A stretch of 64,000 nucleotides of DNA from Microcoleus sp. GTDB taxonomy: Bacteria; Cyanobacteriota; Cyanobacteriia; Cyanobacteriales; Microcoleaceae. A model generated the notes under the pieces. That model had not been told where the DNA came from, searched no databases, and saw only the letters and a program-made list of their open reading frames with translations. Shown here piece by piece: positions 62,206-64,000 of this stretch. The translations under genes were made by a program, and so were the position numbers. Each line of letters opens with the position of its first letter. Within the stretch, counting starts at the first letter, position 1. The DNA lies in NCBI GenBank assembly GCA_052279835.1, contig CP181291.1:1536001-1600000 (forward strand). Direction: 5' to 3'.

Positions 62206-62767
62206 AGAACTACTCAGACGCTACGCTGCTGGAGAAAGAAACTTTCGTCGGGTTAACCTAGAAGGTGCCAAACTAAGAGGTGCAAATTTGAGTGAGGCTG
62301 ACTTCACTGAGGCTAACTTGATTAGTGCTCGTCTGCAAGAAGCCAATCTCAGACGTACCATATTCAAGTCAGCTAAGTTGCAATTTGCTGACTTGAGCTA
62401 TGCTATTCTCGATGATGCAGATTTATCTCATGCTGGTTTAGAAAGCAACCTAGAATATGCTTCCTTGCAGAGAGCTAACCTCAGCCATGCCAAATTGAGG
62501 GGTTCTATTTTGAACAATGCCAATCTCCAGAATGCCAATCTGAGAAATACTCTTCTTGTTGAAGTTAGCTTGGAACGAGCCAATCTTGAAGAAGCAGACC
62601 TTAGAGATGCGATTATGGCTGAAACTTATCTGGATAAGGCTAATTTAAGAGGATCATTGGTTGAAGGTTGTGATTTAAATGACAGCTATAAAAGAAATAC
62701 GATTATGCCAGATGGTCAAGTTGTCACTGATAAATATTATAACCCTGGTGGGGATGACGATGAATAA
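62195..62767 (+). CDS. Pentapeptide-repeat protein
   Basis: MKAEELLRRYAAGERNF N-cap, A(N/D)L repeats, TIMPDG C-cap, acidic tail. Confidence 0.93.
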   Translation: MKAEELLRRYAAGERNFRRVNLEGAKLRGANLSEADFTEANLISARLQEANLRRTIFKSAKLQFADLSYAILDDADLSHAGLESNLEYASLQRANLSHAKLRGSILNNANLQNANLRNTLLVEVSLERANLEEADLRDAIMAETYLDKANLRGSLVEGCDLNDSYKRNTIMPDGQVVTDKYYNPGGDDDE

Positions 62768-63024
62768 TTAAATTTCCTAAAATTGGGATTGTATAGATTC
62801 CTCCTTATTACTTAATAATCAGACTGAGGGAAATCGGTGTGAAAGTGCTGGCTGATAAAAAGAATGAAGAGATTGTCAGAGTTATTTGAGCTAGAACAAG
62901 TTATACCAATTCTAAAAAATAGGGAAGATTGCCAATCATCTCTACTTTTTAAAATTGTGTAGGGGCAGTGCCTCTGTAACTGCCCCCTTTGAGATGTTGC
63001 AGGTATTTTCAGAAATGGTCTTCT

Positions 63025-63999
63025 TTACAAAAGAGGGCTGGAGCTATCTGTTTCGATAATCTCTTGAATTTCTTCAGGCACATTTGACAAAAAGTCATAT
63101 CCTGTAAGCTCTTCAAGATAATCAACATTAACGCGCCACTGTTGCCAGTCATTCCAGTTAGTTACACCATTGGGAAGAAATCCGTTAGGATATGATGGAC
63201 TATCTGGCAATCTGTAGTTGGGATCGGGAGTGCTTCGATTGCGTCTATTGGGTGTGATGACAGCAATGACCTGCGTATTGGCAGTGACATCAGCTATTCC
63301 TTGACCGGGTTCTAAGGGAACGATAATTTTCCAAGTGTAGTTAGGTATTCCAATAGTTTTCGGATTGGGAGTCAAAGTCCCATTTAGATCGAGAACAACT
63401 CTGCCCTGAGTATTTGTTGAAATCTTATTGTGGATCTCTCTAAGGTCAGAATGACCTCTAGGTACTGCTGGACTGTAATCAAACCCGCCAGCAATAATGT
63501 AGAGTTCACGGTTATGTTGTCGAACGAGTTCTCGTCTGCTGTAGTTTTCGAGAGCAGCCCACGCAGTACCTCCGCGATTATTGCCTCGATGTTGTGGAAG
63601 TACGTTAGTTGTTAGGAATGTAGAGTAAACATCCTTAGTGGTACGATCGCGGTCTGCTACTGGAGTCATGTGCCCTCTTTCCATCCCGCGATCGTTCAAT
63701 CGGTAATCAGGCCCCTCTGTACGCACCCAGGTACTAGGTAGATCGCTATCTCCAAGCCAGGGATAATCTACTCGCCCCGCTGGATAAGTTCCATTTGGAA
63801 AACCTGCGGGAGGATAATCTGGTGGGGCAGTATTTGGTCCTGGTCTTGTTGTATTACCTAACCAACTTTTGTTAAGTTGCCAACTTACCCAGTTGGGGCC
63901 TTTGGTAGCATCGTTGTATGAAAGCGTGTACTGTGGCTTCTCGATTAGGTAGTTTTCACGGTGAGTAGTTTCAGAAGGCCGGGCAAAGGTGGGATTCCC
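63025..63999 (-). CDS. DNA/RNA non-specific endonuclease (NucA/Serratia type), N-terminus outside the window
   Basis: Frame is open to the window edge: GNPT.A...NYLIEKPQYTLSYN...PNWVSWQL, ERGHMTP active site, TFLTTNVLPQ...N...W..LE, VDYLEELTGYDF. Confidence 0.92.
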   Translation of the reverse strand, partial: GNPTFARPSETTHRENYLIEKPQYTLSYNDATKGPNWVSWQLNKSWLGNTTRPGPNTAPPDYPPAGFPNGTYPAGRVDYPWLGDSDLPSTWVRTEGPDYRLNDRGMERGHMTPVADRDRTTKDVYSTFLTTNVLPQHRGNNRGGTAWAALENYSRRELVRQHNRELYIIAGGFDYSPAVPRGHSDLREIHNKISTNTQGRVVLDLNGTLTPNPKTIGIPNYTWKIIVPLEPGQGIADVTANTQVIAVITPNRRNRSTPDPNYRLPDSPSYPNGFLPNGVTNWNDWQQWRVNVDYLEELTGYDFLSNVPEEIQEIIETDSSSPLL

Positions 64000-64000
64000 A

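Overview
Chromosomal window from a filamentous cyanobacterium. HIP1 octamers (GCGATCGC) and heptamer tandem repeats are abundant, and the gene set and repeats resemble Oscillatoriales/Microcoleus; that taxonomic call is an inference. Housekeeping content: gatB, GH57 branching enzyme, potBCDA, thiG, psb34, hemY, an hli gene, ycf66, psbX, yggT, accC, PSII S4-domain protein, serA, prmA, tRNA-Val(GAC) and tRNA-Leu(GAG). There are also several large signalling proteins and many REP/MITE elements, including a RAYT flanked by its REP arrays and two tnpB relics. Main points of interest: (1) a repeat-bracketed cassette next to tRNA-Leu with a TPR-CHAT protease, an in-frame small protein that has its own RBS, and a CorA-like/CATRA-like 2-TM protein (candidate conflict system); (2) three independent frameshifts (gatB, a hybrid kinase, the CHAT gene) that are all GAAC/GTTC to GAAAC/GTTTC, possibly a sequencing footprint of DNA modification at the known phosphorothioate motif; (3) an orphan DpdE-like helicase beside tRNA-Val; (4) a single NsiR1-like sRNA with a sigma70-type promoter; (5) a helically phased DnaA-box cluster away from dnaA/dnaN; (6) REP-derived in-frame peptide inserts in signalling proteins; (7) a NucA-type nuclease facing pentapeptide-repeat genes. 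All family calls come from motif recognition by eye; no searches were run.
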